From assembly GCA_965199495.1 (NCBI GenBank), contig CBDASK010000003.1, forward strand, positions 1,600,001-1,664,000: DNA of 64,000 nucleotides. The letters are read 5' to 3'. The notes under the pieces were generated by a model. That model saw only the letters and a list, made by a program, of their open reading frames with translations, was not told the DNA's origin and did no database searches. Position numbers and translations under genes: made by a program. Position 1 is the first letter of the stretch. Every line of letters begins with the position of its first letter. Of this stretch, positions 48,857 to 59,216 are shown in pieces. Source of the DNA: Abditibacterium sp. GTDB taxonomy: Bacteria; Armatimonadota; Abditibacteriia; Abditibacteriales; Abditibacteriaceae.

Positions 48857-50647
48857 TCATTCATGTCCCGCCCGGCGTGGCTGCCAGTCGCGCTTGTCTG
48901 GAAGTTGCGCTTCTTCCAGAATTTGCCGCGCTTTGGCGGACGAATAGTTCGGGCCTTTCTTCCACAAAATCACGCGCGGATGATCGTAAACCGACAAAGC
49001 CTCTTCGGCGTTATCGTCGGGAAATTGGAGCGGCCCCAAACTTGGATACGACGTGAATTCGCGTTCTTTGTTAAAGCCCAGTTCGCCGTTCCACAAAGCA
49101 TAATAGAAGCGCGAGGTCATCGGCCATTTGGCGGGCCAGCGCGGGATGTTTTGCCAACTGCGGCCCGACGAGAAAAATATCCAGTCGCTGTCGTTCAAAA
49201 CCCGCAACATCTTCTCGCGTTTATCGAGCGTATCCAAAGCGTAACTATCGAGCAATTGCGAGCGCAAATCGCCGCTCCCCGAAGGAATCCAGCCGAGGGG
49301 CAAACTCTCGTCCCACACCGTTTCATTGGCGACGGCGGTGCCGGGCGCGATGTGCGACACAATCCAGCGCGAAGCCTCCAAACGCGTGTGCGTGCGACCA
49401 TAAATTCCGGTCACAGCCACGCACCACAACGCGCTAAATCCCGCCAACAAAATCGGGCCAAATCGCAAAATGCGCCATTTTTGAACTAACGTTTGCCAAA
49501 AGTAAGCGCCCAATAACGCGATAAACGGCGTCATCGGCAAAAAGTAGCGGGTGAACTTGGAAAACGTCGCGCCCTGCACGCCAAATAAAACCAGACAAAA
49601 CAGCGCGCTCGCCAACAAAATCGGGCCGCGCTGCTCGCCGCGCAAATCGCGTTGGGACGCGCGCACCAAAACCAACGCAATTCCCAGCGCGCCCGAAACG
49701 AGTGTGCCCCAGCCGTAACCCCAAAATCCCAGATTGCACGCCGAGAACAGCCACGGCGTCCGACCGATCCATTGGACATCGAACGGAACGTCCACTTCGC
49801 CGCGCGTAATCGCGCTTTGGGCGGCCAAATCGCCCCAGAATCGCGGTTCGAGCCGCACATCGAAAAACCCGAACTCGCCAGCAAACGCCATCGGCTGAAA
49901 TATCCGAAAACAAATCAGCGCTATTACCGCGCAACCGACGGCGCCCCAAAAGAGTTGGCGTCTGGGATATTTATGCGCGCTCGCAACCAGACAAACTAAC
50001 ATGGGCACGACGATAAAAATCGCCGAGATTTTGCACGCCATCGCCACGCCCAGACAAACGCCGCAAAGCAACGTATCGCGCCCGCGCCCGCTCTGTTGCC
50101 AGCGCGCGGCGGCCCAAAAGCTCGCCAGCATCCAGAAAGCGGCGAAATTATCGACAGTAAAAAAATGGCTTTGCTGCACGCCCAGCGCCGCGAGCGCCAC
50201 CAAAGCCGTCGCGAAGAGCGCCCAAACATTAGCCAAAATGCGGCGCGCCAGCAGAAACGTCAGGCCGACCGTCAAGCTATCGCACAGCGCGGAAAGTCCG
50301 CGTCTGACGATGAAAAGCGAATCAATGCCGAAATGCTGTGCGAGAGCGAAAACCGTTTTGCCCAGCAAAAGCGGCCACTGCCCGTAAACATAATGCGCGC
50401 CCTTGGAGTTGGCCGGATTGAACGGCGAATGCGCCGAATCGAACCACTGCGCCCACGAACTCGGCCAGCCAATGCGGCTGATAATGTCCATCACAAACCG
50501 TTCGTCGGGATGCAACTGCGCGCTCTCGTCCCAGTTCAAACCGTAAAATCGGCAGCCGATGCCCAGCGCAATCAAGCCGACCAAAAACGCCTCGAAAACG
50601 CGCGTGTTCAGAGCGCGCGATTGAGGTTGGGCAGGAGAAGATTTCAT
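48857..50647 (-). CDS. GT-C fold membrane glycosyltransferase (PMT/ArnT-like)
   Basis: GLNWD...HPDERF, YVYG, QQSHFFTVD, many TM helices. Confidence 0.78.
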   Translation of the reverse strand: MKSSPAQPQSRALNTRVFEAFLVGLIALGIGCRFYGLNWDESAQLHPDERFVMDIISRIGWPSSWAQWFDSAHSPFNPANSKGAHYVYGQWPLLLGKTVFALAQHFGIDSLFIVRRGLSALCDSLTVGLTFLLARRILANVWALFATALVALAALGVQQSHFFTVDNFAAFWMLASFWAAARWQQSGRGRDTLLCGVCLGVAMACKISAIFIVVPMLVCLVASAHKYPRRQLFWGAVGCAVIALICFRIFQPMAFAGEFGFFDVRLEPRFWGDLAAQSAITRGEVDVPFDVQWIGRTPWLFSACNLGFWGYGWGTLVSGALGIALVLVRASQRDLRGEQRGPILLASALFCLVLFGVQGATFSKFTRYFLPMTPFIALLGAYFWQTLVQKWRILRFGPILLAGFSALWCVAVTGIYGRTHTRLEASRWIVSHIAPGTAVANETVWDESLPLGWIPSGSGDLRSQLLDSYALDTLDKREKMLRVLNDSDWIFFSSGRSWQNIPRWPAKWPMTSRFYYALWNGELGFNKEREFTSYPSLGPLQFPDDNAEEALSVYDHPRVILWKKGPNYSSAKARQILEEAQLPDKRDWQPRRAGHE

Positions 50648-50714
50648 CGGGAAACGAGTGATTTAATGAGCAATTTTTTTTGAATCCAACTGTTCATTTG
50701 CACGCAATTCTCAT

Positions 50715-50798
50715 TATTCTGCGGGGCTGGCGCATCCTTCCAATCTGCTGAGAGCCTCGAAAATAGAGATTGGAAGGATGCGCCAGCCCCGCAGAATA
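50715..50798. repeat. Palindromic REP-like element, family C
   Basis: TATTCTGCGGGGCTGGCGCATCCTTCCAATCT inverted arms. Confidence 0.85.
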
Positions 50799-50882
50799 GT
50801 CTCGCTTGCTTCACCTGTTGGAACTCAAATTCAAAGTGTGCTTGGCATTCTTAAATTATTAACGGAGCAATTATACCGGAGA

Positions 50883-51602
50883 TTATCGCGCCTCGCCCGC
50901 CGATATTCCCAAAAATTCGCGTGTGGCCCGCGCGCTGTTTTCGTCGGTTCGCAAGCGCATTTTCAACGCTTCCAAATCCGCCGCGTCATCCACATCGTGC
51001 CATTTTGGCAAAACGAAATAATTCAATTTCAACGCCTGCAAACGAGAGATTAATCGCGCGCAAACATCGTCGCGGCCCCAGGCGATGCCGTCGAAGATGG
51101 CGGCGGGCACAGAACACGAGGCGCCGATTAGTACGAAGCCGCCATCAACGCTCGGCGCGACGACGACTTGATTTTCGTCCAGCGCCTCGAACGCGTTGCG
51201 CAACAATTCGAGCGGCAAATCGGGCGCGTCCGAGCCGATAACAATGCAACGCGCGAAACCGCGCGCGCGCATCTCGTTCAACGCGTTGAGCATGCGCGCC
51301 CCCAAATCCTCGCCAGTTTGCGGCAACGCATCGCCGTCCCACAAATCGCGCAATTCGTCGCCCGCATCGGCGGGCGTGAAGCACAGCCACGTTGCGACTT
51401 GGGGCGCAAGCCAGCGCCCCAAATCAAAGCAATCGCGCAACATCGCGCGGTAAAGTTGCAACGCGAAGGGCGCGCCGTGGCTGCTGGCGAGACGCGTCTT
51501 GACTTCGCCGATGCGCGGCGCCCGACAAAAAATAACCAACGCCGCTTTGGCTGAGGTTGCGTCGTTTTGCGGATGAGAAATATCGAAATTTAAACTCGTC
51601 AT
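50883..51602 (-). CDS. TIGR04282/DUF2064-family glycosyltransferase-like protein
   Basis: FCRAPRIGEVKTRL, QTGEDLGARM, IGSDAP, DGGFVLIG and DVDDAADL. Confidence 0.85.
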   Translation of the reverse strand: MTSLNFDISHPQNDATSAKAALVIFCRAPRIGEVKTRLASSHGAPFALQLYRAMLRDCFDLGRWLAPQVATWLCFTPADAGDELRDLWDGDALPQTGEDLGARMLNALNEMRARGFARCIVIGSDAPDLPLELLRNAFEALDENQVVVAPSVDGGFVLIGASCSVPAAIFDGIAWGRDDVCARLISRLQALKLNYFVLPKWHDVDDAADLEALKMRLRTDENSARATREFLGISAGEAR

Positions 51603-51681
51603 CGCACTTGAGTATCGCTATACTTCCCCAATCACTCGAATCAATGAAACCGAATTAGATTTTGAGAGTCGAGTTTCACCC

Positions 51682-52371
51682 ATGATTAAAACCGTTTCTT
51701 TCGCGCCGCCGCGCGCGGTGCGCACTGCCGCTTCATCCAATAAAAATTCGGGCAAAGGTGCCAATACGAGAGCCGCGAGTTCTGTGGCTCTCGCAAAATC
51801 TTCGCCCGCGAAAGTTCAGTCGCCAACTCAAGTGGCGCCGTCAAAGACGAAAAACCCCGAAAGCGTGACGGCGACTCTCGATTTCGATGCGACACCTGAA
51901 GCGGCTCCAGCGCCCAAAAAACCGCGCGTCTCCAAAATTGCGGCAAATGTCGAATCGAAATCGGTGAAGCGCGACGCGGCGAAAGTTGCGGACGAATTAG
52001 CAGCCACGGCGCCACAGCCACCGGCGAGCCAACCGGTTGCGGCGCCCAAAGCCAAACGTTCGCGCGTGCCCAAAGATTTGGCGGCGCAATATGGCGGCGC
52101 CTCGCAAACCGAAGAAGCGCCGCGCCGCGCTATTGAAACGGTGGCGCCGCGCAAGCGTTTGACGCGCGCCAAAAAAGAGGCGCGTTCGCAATTGTTGCGC
52201 GCCGATGACGAAGTGTTGCAGCGCTTGCAACAGGCCAACGCCATCGAAGCGAAAAAGCCGGAACGGCGTGGGCGTGGCTGGGAGTTCGAGTGCGGTTGCT
52301 GCGGGCGCGTCACGCGTTTTCAGACTCCAGGCGCGATTTGCGAATGCGGCGCCATCGCGGTGCGCGAGTAG
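51682..52371 (+). CDS. Hypothetical Lys/Ala/Pro-rich protein with a C-terminal zinc ribbon
   Basis: Low-complexity basic N-terminus; C-terminal CGCCG...CECG. Confidence 0.7.
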   Translation: MIKTVSFAPPRAVRTAASSNKNSGKGANTRAASSVALAKSSPAKVQSPTQVAPSKTKNPESVTATLDFDATPEAAPAPKKPRVSKIAANVESKSVKRDAAKVADELAATAPQPPASQPVAAPKAKRSRVPKDLAAQYGGASQTEEAPRRAIETVAPRKRLTRAKKEARSQLLRADDEVLQRLQQANAIEAKKPERRGRGWEFECGCCGRVTRFQTPGAICECGAIAVRE

Positions 52372-52535
52372 GTTTGCAAGCGAGAAAATTGGCGCTTTTT
52401 ATGAGCAGAATTGGGGAAATGCGCTCAGGCAAGGTAAAATAAAGAACGGGCCGCTGCCAGCGATGGAAAGCGTATGGCGCGGCACGCTTTAGTTGCCGAG
52501 TTGTCAGACATTTCGGCAGTTCCACTTCTAATCTC

Positions 52536-53273
52536 ATGCAATTCATCACTCGTGTGCTGATCGTGCTGGGCGTGTTGGCCAGCTTGGGCTACGGCTCGTA
52601 TGCTTTCGGCAAATATGTCTTGAGCGCTCGTTTGTTCGGGCCGACCAAAAACTCCGCGACGGCCAAAAGCACGCTGCAATCGCCCTCCGACGTGGATGTC
52701 GAAGTTGTGCCCGCGCCGCAACCCAAAGCCACCGACGACGATTCATCGGGCATCGCGCCAACAATCGAGCCACGCCCGACGCCTGAAGAGCGCACCGAAA
52801 CCACGCCTTCGCTCGACAACGGCGACGACAATCGCGGCAGTAGCGCCAACAACAGCAACGACGATACGCCGCGCGCAAAACCCAAACGCCGCAAGCGCCG
52901 CAAACCGCGCGTGCGCTCAACGGATCGTCCCAAGAAACGCGAAACAACGGAGCAAACGGCAACGCAACCCGCGGTTCAAGCTCCGCCCGCGCGCGAGCAA
53001 AACGTGGATCCGCCCGCCAACGATAACAGCGGCGGTGGCAACGATGCGCCGCGTATCCCCATCCCGCGCAATGACGCCCCGCGCGTTGAAACTCCGCGTA
53101 ACGACAATCCGGTGCCTTCGCCCACGCGCCGCGAACGCGAACGGCGCACCGTTCCCAAAGTCGAGCCGCGCACCGAGACCGCACCGCCGCGCCGCCGCGA
53201 ATCTTCGCCCGTGCCCGTCCCCGAAGGCGCGTTGGGCGGACGCAGCGAATCACCCGTTCCCATGCCGGGCTGA
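52536..53273 (+). CDS. Hypothetical membrane-anchored Pro/Arg-rich protein
   Basis: N-terminal TM followed by a disordered tail; a terminator follows. Confidence 0.7.
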   Translation: MQFITRVLIVLGVLASLGYGSYAFGKYVLSARLFGPTKNSATAKSTLQSPSDVDVEVVPAPQPKATDDDSSGIAPTIEPRPTPEERTETTPSLDNGDDNRGSSANNSNDDTPRAKPKRRKRRKPRVRSTDRPKKRETTEQTATQPAVQAPPAREQNVDPPANDNSGGGNDAPRIPIPRNDAPRVETPRNDNPVPSPTRRERERRTVPKVEPRTETAPPRRRESSPVPVPEGALGGRSESPVPMPG

Positions 53274-53289
53274 GAAATAAAGCCAGACA

Positions 53290-53327
53290 AAAGCAAGCTC
53301 ATCTGCGCAGATGAGCTTGCTTTTTTT
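53290..53327 (+). terminator. Intrinsic terminator
   Basis: AAAGCAAGCTCATCTGCGCAGATGAGCTTGCTTTTTTT. Confidence 0.8.
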
Positions 53328-53362
53328 ATCCTTCAGACTTCCGCCTTTCCTATACTTTCCCC

Positions 53363-55699
53363 ATCGCAACCACAGATTTACTTTCGGGCCTCAACGAGCC
53401 GCAGCAACAAGCCGTCACCCACGAATCCGGGCCACTGCTGATTTTTGCCGGAGCCGGTTCGGGCAAAACGCGCACTCTGACGCATCGCATCGCCTATCTC
53501 ATCGGGCATCACGGCGTTTCGCCGCAACATATTTTGGCGGTGACTTTCACCAACAAAGCCGCCAAAGAGATGCGCGAACGTTTGGAAGTTTTGATCGGCC
53601 CCGTCGCCAAACGAATGTGGCTGGGCACTTTCCACGCGCTGTGCGCGCGCATGTTGCGCGTTCACGGCGAGCGCATCGGCATCAACCCGCGTTTCGCGAT
53701 TTTCGATACCGACGACAGCACGCGTTTAATCAAAGAGATTTTGAAAGATCTGAATCTCGACACCCAGCGTTTTCCGCCCGCGCGCGTTTTGGGCAAAATT
53801 AGCGACGCCAAAAACGCGCTCAAGACGCCCGAAACTGTCGCCGCCGAAGCGGTTCACTCGCACCAAAAGGTTTACGCGCAGCTTTACTCGCATTATCAAG
53901 CCCGCCTGCGCGAGATTTCGGCGCTCGACTTCGACGATTTATTGTCCGAATCGGTGCGTCTGCTTCAGCAAAGCTCGGAATCGCTGGAACATTGGAGCCA
54001 GCGTTTTCGCCACGTTTTGATTGACGAATTTCAAGATGTCAACGAAGCCCAATTTCAGTGGGCGCGTTTGTTGGCGAGTAAACATAATAATATCTGCGTT
54101 GTGGGTGACGATGATCAAAGCATTTACGCGTGGCGCGGCGCGAATGTGCAGATTATTCTCGATTTCGAGAAGCGTTATCCCGATGCCAAAGTGATTCGGT
54201 TGGAGCAAAATTATCGTTCGACGCAGAACATTTTGGACGCGGCTTATGGCGTGATTTCGCATAATTTGGGGCGCGCCGATAAGAAACTTTGGAGCGACCA
54301 GAAGGGCGGTGAAGAGATCGCTTTGCACGGTTCGTATAACGCGGTCGAAGAGGCGAGTTGGGTTGTGCGCCAAATCGAGATTTTGATGCGCGAAGAGCGC
54401 ATTTCGTTCGGCGATTGCGCGATTTTGTGTCGCGTCAACGCGCAGTCGCGGCCCTTCGAGGAAGCGTTTATGCGCTCGCGGATGCCGCTCAAATTGGTCG
54501 GCACGCAGCGATTTTACGAGCGCCGCGAGATTCGCGACGTGATGGCGTATCTCAAATTTCTCTACAATCCCGACGACGGCGTTTCGGCGGCGCGGCTCAT
54601 CAACACGCCGCCGCGCGGCATCGGCGCGGTGACGATTAGCAAATTGCAGGAAATGGCGCGCGCGCGCGAAATTTCGCTGGGCGCGATTTTGTTGGACAAA
54701 GACGCGACCAAAGAATTGACGCCCGCCATCGCGCGCAAAATTACGCCGCTTCGCAACACGCTGGTGCAGATTTTCAATGACGCCAACAAAGCGCAGACTT
54801 TGGCCGATTTGGTCGAGCGCGTTTTGGAGCGCACCGAGTTCATCGAATATCTCGATAATTCCAACGAAAAAGATAACGTGGATCGCGTCGCCAACGTCGA
54901 AGAGTTCGTGCGCGCCGCCGAATCGTTCGATTTAAGATTGGCCGAGGAATTGGACGAAGCGGGCGAAACCGTCGAAGAGTGGGACGAGAAAGACCCGCTG
55001 CGATTGGGCCAATTTCTGAGTGAAACCGCGTTGCAGGGCGGAACCGACAAAGACGCGCAAACCGACGACGCCGTGACGTTTATGACGCTGCACGCCGCCA
55101 AAGGTCTGGAGTTCCCGATTGTGTTTTTGGTCGGCTTAGAGCAGGGCTTGTTGCCGCACGCACGCGCGGTTTTTAGCGACAGCGCGACCGAAGAAGAACT
55201 CGAAGAAGAGCGGCGTTTGATGTATGTCGGATTGACGCGCGCGCGCAAACGCGCGATTTTGACCTTCGCGGCGCAACGCACCATGCACGGGCGCACGGAA
55301 TCCACGATGCCCTCGCAATTCATCGAAGAAATCCCCGCGCATTTGCTGCGCCGTAGCGGCATGGCTGGTGGCGGCTCGCCGATAGTTCAGAATCGTCGCA
55401 CCAGTTGGGGCCGCGATGATTTCAAAAGTTTGCCGCGCCCATCGGAGCCGGTTTCGCCGATTCCCCCGGCGCCAGCAGCCACGTCGGCGGCAACCAAAAG
55501 TTCCAAGCGCAGTTTCGACAAACCGGCGACCTTTAAAGTCGGCGACAAACTGCGGCACAAATCGTATGGCGAAGGTTTAGTCGTCGCGGCGAGCGCGGGC
55601 GGCGGCGTGGGAGAATGGGTCGAAGTCGCGTTTTTGACGGGCGACGCGGGCAAGAAAAAGTTGATCGTGGCGTATGCGAATTTGGAAAAAGTGAGTTGA
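53363..55699 (+). CDS. pcrA: ATP-dependent DNA helicase PcrA/UvrD; start apparently at non-canonical ATC 53363
   Basis: In frame upstream of the ORF-track start: LLSGLNEPQQQAV...AGAGSGKT. Downstream: TFTNKAA, DEFQD, VGDDDQSIY, LEQNYRS, TLHAAKGLEF and EEERRLMYVGLTRA. Confidence 0.93.
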   Translation: MATTDLLSGLNEPQQQAVTHESGPLLIFAGAGSGKTRTLTHRIAYLIGHHGVSPQHILAVTFTNKAAKEMRERLEVLIGPVAKRMWLGTFHALCARMLRVHGERIGINPRFAIFDTDDSTRLIKEILKDLNLDTQRFPPARVLGKISDAKNALKTPETVAAEAVHSHQKVYAQLYSHYQARLREISALDFDDLLSESVRLLQQSSESLEHWSQRFRHVLIDEFQDVNEAQFQWARLLASKHNNICVVGDDDQSIYAWRGANVQIILDFEKRYPDAKVIRLEQNYRSTQNILDAAYGVISHNLGRADKKLWSDQKGGEEIALHGSYNAVEEASWVVRQIEILMREERISFGDCAILCRVNAQSRPFEEAFMRSRMPLKLVGTQRFYERREIRDVMAYLKFLYNPDDGVSAARLINTPPRGIGAVTISKLQEMARAREISLGAILLDKDATKELTPAIARKITPLRNTLVQIFNDANKAQTLADLVERVLERTEFIEYLDNSNEKDNVDRVANVEEFVRAAESFDLRLAEELDEAGETVEEWDEKDPLRLGQFLSETALQGGTDKDAQTDDAVTFMTLHAAKGLEFPIVFLVGLEQGLLPHARAVFSDSATEEELEEERRLMYVGLTRARKRAILTFAAQRTMHGRTESTMPSQFIEEIPAHLLRRSGMAGGGSPIVQNRRTSWGRDDFKSLPRPSEPVSPIPPAPAATSAATKSSKRSFDKPATFKVGDKLRHKSYGEGLVVAASAGGGVGEWVEVAFLTGDAGKKKLIVAYANLEKVS

Positions 55700-55865
55700 T
55701 ATAGAAAAGCCACCAAGAACGCACCAAGGGCACAAAGAAACCCGAAGAAATTAAAACGGTGAGGAACTATTTTTGATAGTTTTGCTTTTACGAATTAATT
55801 TCTTCGGGTTTCTTTGTGCCCTTGGTGCGTTCTTGGTGTCCTTGGTGGCTTTTCTATATCAACTC
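55693..55865. repeat. Palindromic REP-like element, family D, overlapping the stop codons of both convergent genes
   Basis: Arms begin GAGTTGATATAGAAAAGCCACCAAG; 9-bp CACCAAG units. Confidence 0.88.
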
Positions 55866-57071
55866 GCCGTGATTCAACGCGCAAAACGCCTCGACGACGC
55901 GGGGGTCGAAATGCGTGCCCGCACATTTTTTAATTTCGGCTAAGGCGTCTTCAATCGGCCACGCCGCTTTGTAGGGACGCTCGTGCGTCAGAGCATCGAA
56001 CACGTCAATGACGGCGGCGATGCGGCCTTCGAGCGGAATCGCTTTGCCCGCCAGTTGCATCGGATAGCCAGTGCCATCGAACCGTTCGTGGTGGGTGCGC
56101 GCGATGATTTCGGCGCGTTGCATCAGCGGCGAGCGAGAGTGGGAAAGCAAAGCAGCACCCGTCAACGCGTGGGTTTTCATCAGGATGAACTCTTCGTTTG
56201 TGAGTTTGCCGGGTTTAAGCAAAACCGAATCGGGAATCGCGATTTTGCCGATGTCGTGCAGCGTTGCGGCGCGGCCAATCAAATGGGCTTCGTGGGCCGA
56301 TATTCCCAGTTGGAGCGCCAGTTTTTCGGCGCACTGGCCCACGCGTTGGATGTGTTCGCCCGTATCGTCATCGCGAAATTCGGCGGCCTGCGCCAACTTT
56401 TCCAACGCCTCGGTTTGCGATTCCTGCAAATCCAGATTGATGCGCTCTAACTCGCGCGTGCGCTGCCTCACGCGCTCTTCCAACTGCGCGTTGACCGCGC
56501 GCAACTGCTGATCTAACAAGCGCGATTTGATCAGGTTGCGCGCGCGCAAACGCGTTTCCATCATGTCAATCGGCTTGTTGACGAAATCGCTCGCGCCCAG
56601 CGAAAGCGCGCGGCGACACGCGGTGCGCGAGGCATCGGCGGTCAAAACCAGAATCGGAATCGCGTTTTCCGGCCCCCACGCGGCGCGCAAAGTTTCCAGA
56701 ACTTGATAACCGTCCAAATGCGGCATCATCAAATCGAGCATCAATAAATCGGGCGGATTTTCGAGGCACTGCTGCAAACCCAAACGCGAATCGGTCGCGC
56801 TACGAATGTTGCAATAGCCGTCGCCCTGCAAAATTCGCTGCAACAAAACCACGTTGGCCGGTTCGTCGTCCAGCACAAAAATCGTCGCCTCGTGAACGTC
56901 AACGGAGTTTTTGACGCCGGGCGCATAGGCGAGAAGGAAGTTGTTTTGATTCATCATCTTCTCTTTGGCTGCCAACTCAGCGACATCAATTTTAATGCCT
57001 GGCGAGGTGCTGGTTTCGCATGGAAGTGGCGCATCTGCGACGAACATCGCGTTTAAGTCAAAGGTTGTCAT
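55854..57071 (-). CDS. REC + HD-GYP c-di-GMP phosphodiesterase (RpfG-like); start uncertain
   Basis: VLDDE, LDLMMP, HDIGK and HHERFDGTGYP. Confidence 0.92.
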   Translation of the reverse strand: MTTFDLNAMFVADAPLPCETSTSPGIKIDVAELAAKEKMMNQNNFLLAYAPGVKNSVDVHEATIFVLDDEPANVVLLQRILQGDGYCNIRSATDSRLGLQQCLENPPDLLMLDLMMPHLDGYQVLETLRAAWGPENAIPILVLTADASRTACRRALSLGASDFVNKPIDMMETRLRARNLIKSRLLDQQLRAVNAQLEERVRQRTRELERINLDLQESQTEALEKLAQAAEFRDDDTGEHIQRVGQCAEKLALQLGISAHEAHLIGRAATLHDIGKIAIPDSVLLKPGKLTNEEFILMKTHALTGAALLSHSRSPLMQRAEIIARTHHERFDGTGYPMQLAGKAIPLEGRIAAVIDVFDALTHERPYKAAWPIEDALAEIKKCAGTHFDPRVVEAFCALNHGELI

Positions 57072-57090
57072 AGCTTAAAAATTTCCTTAG

Positions 57091-59142
57091 TTACTTACCC
57101 TTGTCAATGATTTCGCCTTTTTGTTTTTCAACGGTTGCGAGGCATTGATCTAAGACGTTGAGCAGGTGCGCGATATTGAAGGGTTTAGCCAAATAATCGT
57201 TGGCGCCAGCAGCCAACAAACGTTCGACCTGACCGGGCGTGGCATCGGCGCTGATCATGATCACCGGCACGTTTTTCAAGTTTTCGTCCGCGCGCAGGCG
57301 CCGCAAAACTTCGTCGCCGTTGATGTCGGGCAAATGCAAATCGAGCAAAACCACATCGGGCCGTTGCTGCCGCGCCATCTCGATACCGACTTCGCCCTGA
57401 AACGCAGTCAGCAAACGCACTTCGGGACGATAGGCCAGAATCCCTTCCATCAATTGAACGTTGGGCAAATTGTCCTCGATATAAAGCACGCTCCAACGCG
57501 TAGCCACTGGCGACCTGTCGCCGGTGGCTGCTCCTGCTTGGGCGACATTGAGTTGAGACAATGGCAATTCGGCGAGGGGCAATTCGATCCAAAACGTGCT
57601 GCCCTGCTCGTCCGAACGAAAATCCAACTGTCCGTTCATTGTCTGCGCCAGGCGATGAGAGAGCGCCAGCCCAATGCCGGTGCCTTCGATGCTGCTCGAC
57701 TCGGCGCCCAACCGGTCGAATGCCACCCACAAACGCTCGCGGTTTTCGGGCGCGATGCCCTTTCCGGTGTCGGTCACGCACAGGCGCACCAGTTCCGCAT
57801 GGTCTTGATCCGGCTGTTTCCTCGTTTCGAGCGAGAGCGTCACCGTTCCGTTTTTGCGATTGTATTTAATGGCGTTGGAAAGCAAATTCAACACGATTTG
57901 TTTCACACGGCGGCGGTCGCCCAGCACGGCGAGCGGCGAATCGAAAACGTCGCTTTGGCGCAAACTGATGCCAAATCCTGCGGCCATCGGGCGCACCAAA
58001 TCGAGCGCTTCGTGCGCGACTTCGGCGACGCGAATCGGCTCGACGGACAGAGCCACGGCGCCGGTTTCGATGCGAGAAATATCTAAAACCTCGTTGATCA
58101 GTTCCAGCAGATGACGCCCGGCCTTGAGAATATGCTCGGTACTTTCGCGACTGCCGGGCGATTGTTCTTCGAGTTCCAACAGTTGACCAAACCCCAGAAT
58201 CGCGTTGAGCGGCGTGCGCAGTTCGTGGCTGACGCGGCCCAAAAAGTCCGATTTGGCGCGGTTGGCGGCTTCGGCCTCTTCGCGCGCGCGCGTCAGGGCA
58301 GTCTCGATTTCTTTGCGCGCGGTGATGTCGCGTTGCAGCGAAACCCAGTGCGTATACCAACCGCGCTCGTCAGCGACCGGCACAATCGAAAGCTCGACCC
58401 AGAACGGCACGCCCGCCTTGGTATAATTGAGCATCTCGACCACAATCGGCTTCCAACGCTTAAGCGCCCGGCGAATTTGCTCGCGCGCCGCCGGGTCGGT
58501 GCCTTCGCCCTGCATCATGCGCGGCGTTTGGCCCATCACCTCTTCGAGCGTGTAACCGCTCATCTTGCAATAGGCCTCGTTGGCGTAGAGAATGCGCGGC
58601 CCCGGCAAATCAATCGGCTCGGCTTCGGTAATCAAAATCGCATCGTTGGCATTGACGGCGACCGATTCGAGCAAACGCAATCGCTCGTTCTGCTGGCGAC
58701 GCACGTCAATATTTTGCACCTGAACCAGCAGATAATCGGGCGCGCCGTCCGCGCCGCGCACCAGCGAAACCATGAATTGCGCCCAGAATTTCGCTCCATC
58801 GCACCGCACAAATTCGCGTTCAATGGAAAGCGACTTCTCTTCGCCCTTCAACAAACGTTGGGCGTTTTCAATCGAAATATCGACCTCTTCGGGCGGCAAT
58901 AAATCGCGGTAATTATACTCGGCCAATCGCTCGACTTCTATGCCGCTCATTTCGGCGAATTTGCGATTGATGCGCAAAAATCCTCCGTCCAGACCGACCA
59001 TCGCCTCGCCCAACGACGACTGCTCAAACGCGCCCTCCAAGCGTTCAACCGCCAAACGGCGCACGGCCTCATCGCGCGTCTCATCCATAAAATCATCCTT
59101 CATATAAACAACTGCCAAGCAACATAATGGCCTACTTGACAC
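57091..59142 (-). CDS. PAS-PAS hybrid histidine kinase with C-terminal REC; start uncertain
   Basis: SHELRTPLN, NLLSNAIKYN, DTGKGI, GTGIGL, VLYIEDN and LLDLHLP. Confidence 0.92.
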   Translation of the reverse strand: MSSRPLCCLAVVYMKDDFMDETRDEAVRRLAVERLEGAFEQSSLGEAMVGLDGGFLRINRKFAEMSGIEVERLAEYNYRDLLPPEEVDISIENAQRLLKGEEKSLSIEREFVRCDGAKFWAQFMVSLVRGADGAPDYLLVQVQNIDVRRQQNERLRLLESVAVNANDAILITEAEPIDLPGPRILYANEAYCKMSGYTLEEVMGQTPRMMQGEGTDPAAREQIRRALKRWKPIVVEMLNYTKAGVPFWVELSIVPVADERGWYTHWVSLQRDITARKEIETALTRAREEAEAANRAKSDFLGRVSHELRTPLNAILGFGQLLELEEQSPGSRESTEHILKAGRHLLELINEVLDISRIETGAVALSVEPIRVAEVAHEALDLVRPMAAGFGISLRQSDVFDSPLAVLGDRRRVKQIVLNLLSNAIKYNRKNGTVTLSLETRKQPDQDHAELVRLCVTDTGKGIAPENRERLWVAFDRLGAESSSIEGTGIGLALSHRLAQTMNGQLDFRSDEQGSTFWIELPLAELPLSQLNVAQAGAATGDRSPVATRWSVLYIEDNLPNVQLMEGILAYRPEVRLLTAFQGEVGIEMARQQRPDVVLLDLHLPDINGDEVLRRLRADENLKNVPVIMISADATPGQVERLLAAGANDYLAKPFNIAHLLNVLDQCLATVEKQKGEIIDKGK

Positions 59143-59216
59143 AATCGTTGGAAGAGTGAACAGAATCAGGGTTTCCCCCTGGAAGCGCGCATCTATTTTG
59201 CAGAGAGAGCTTGCTC

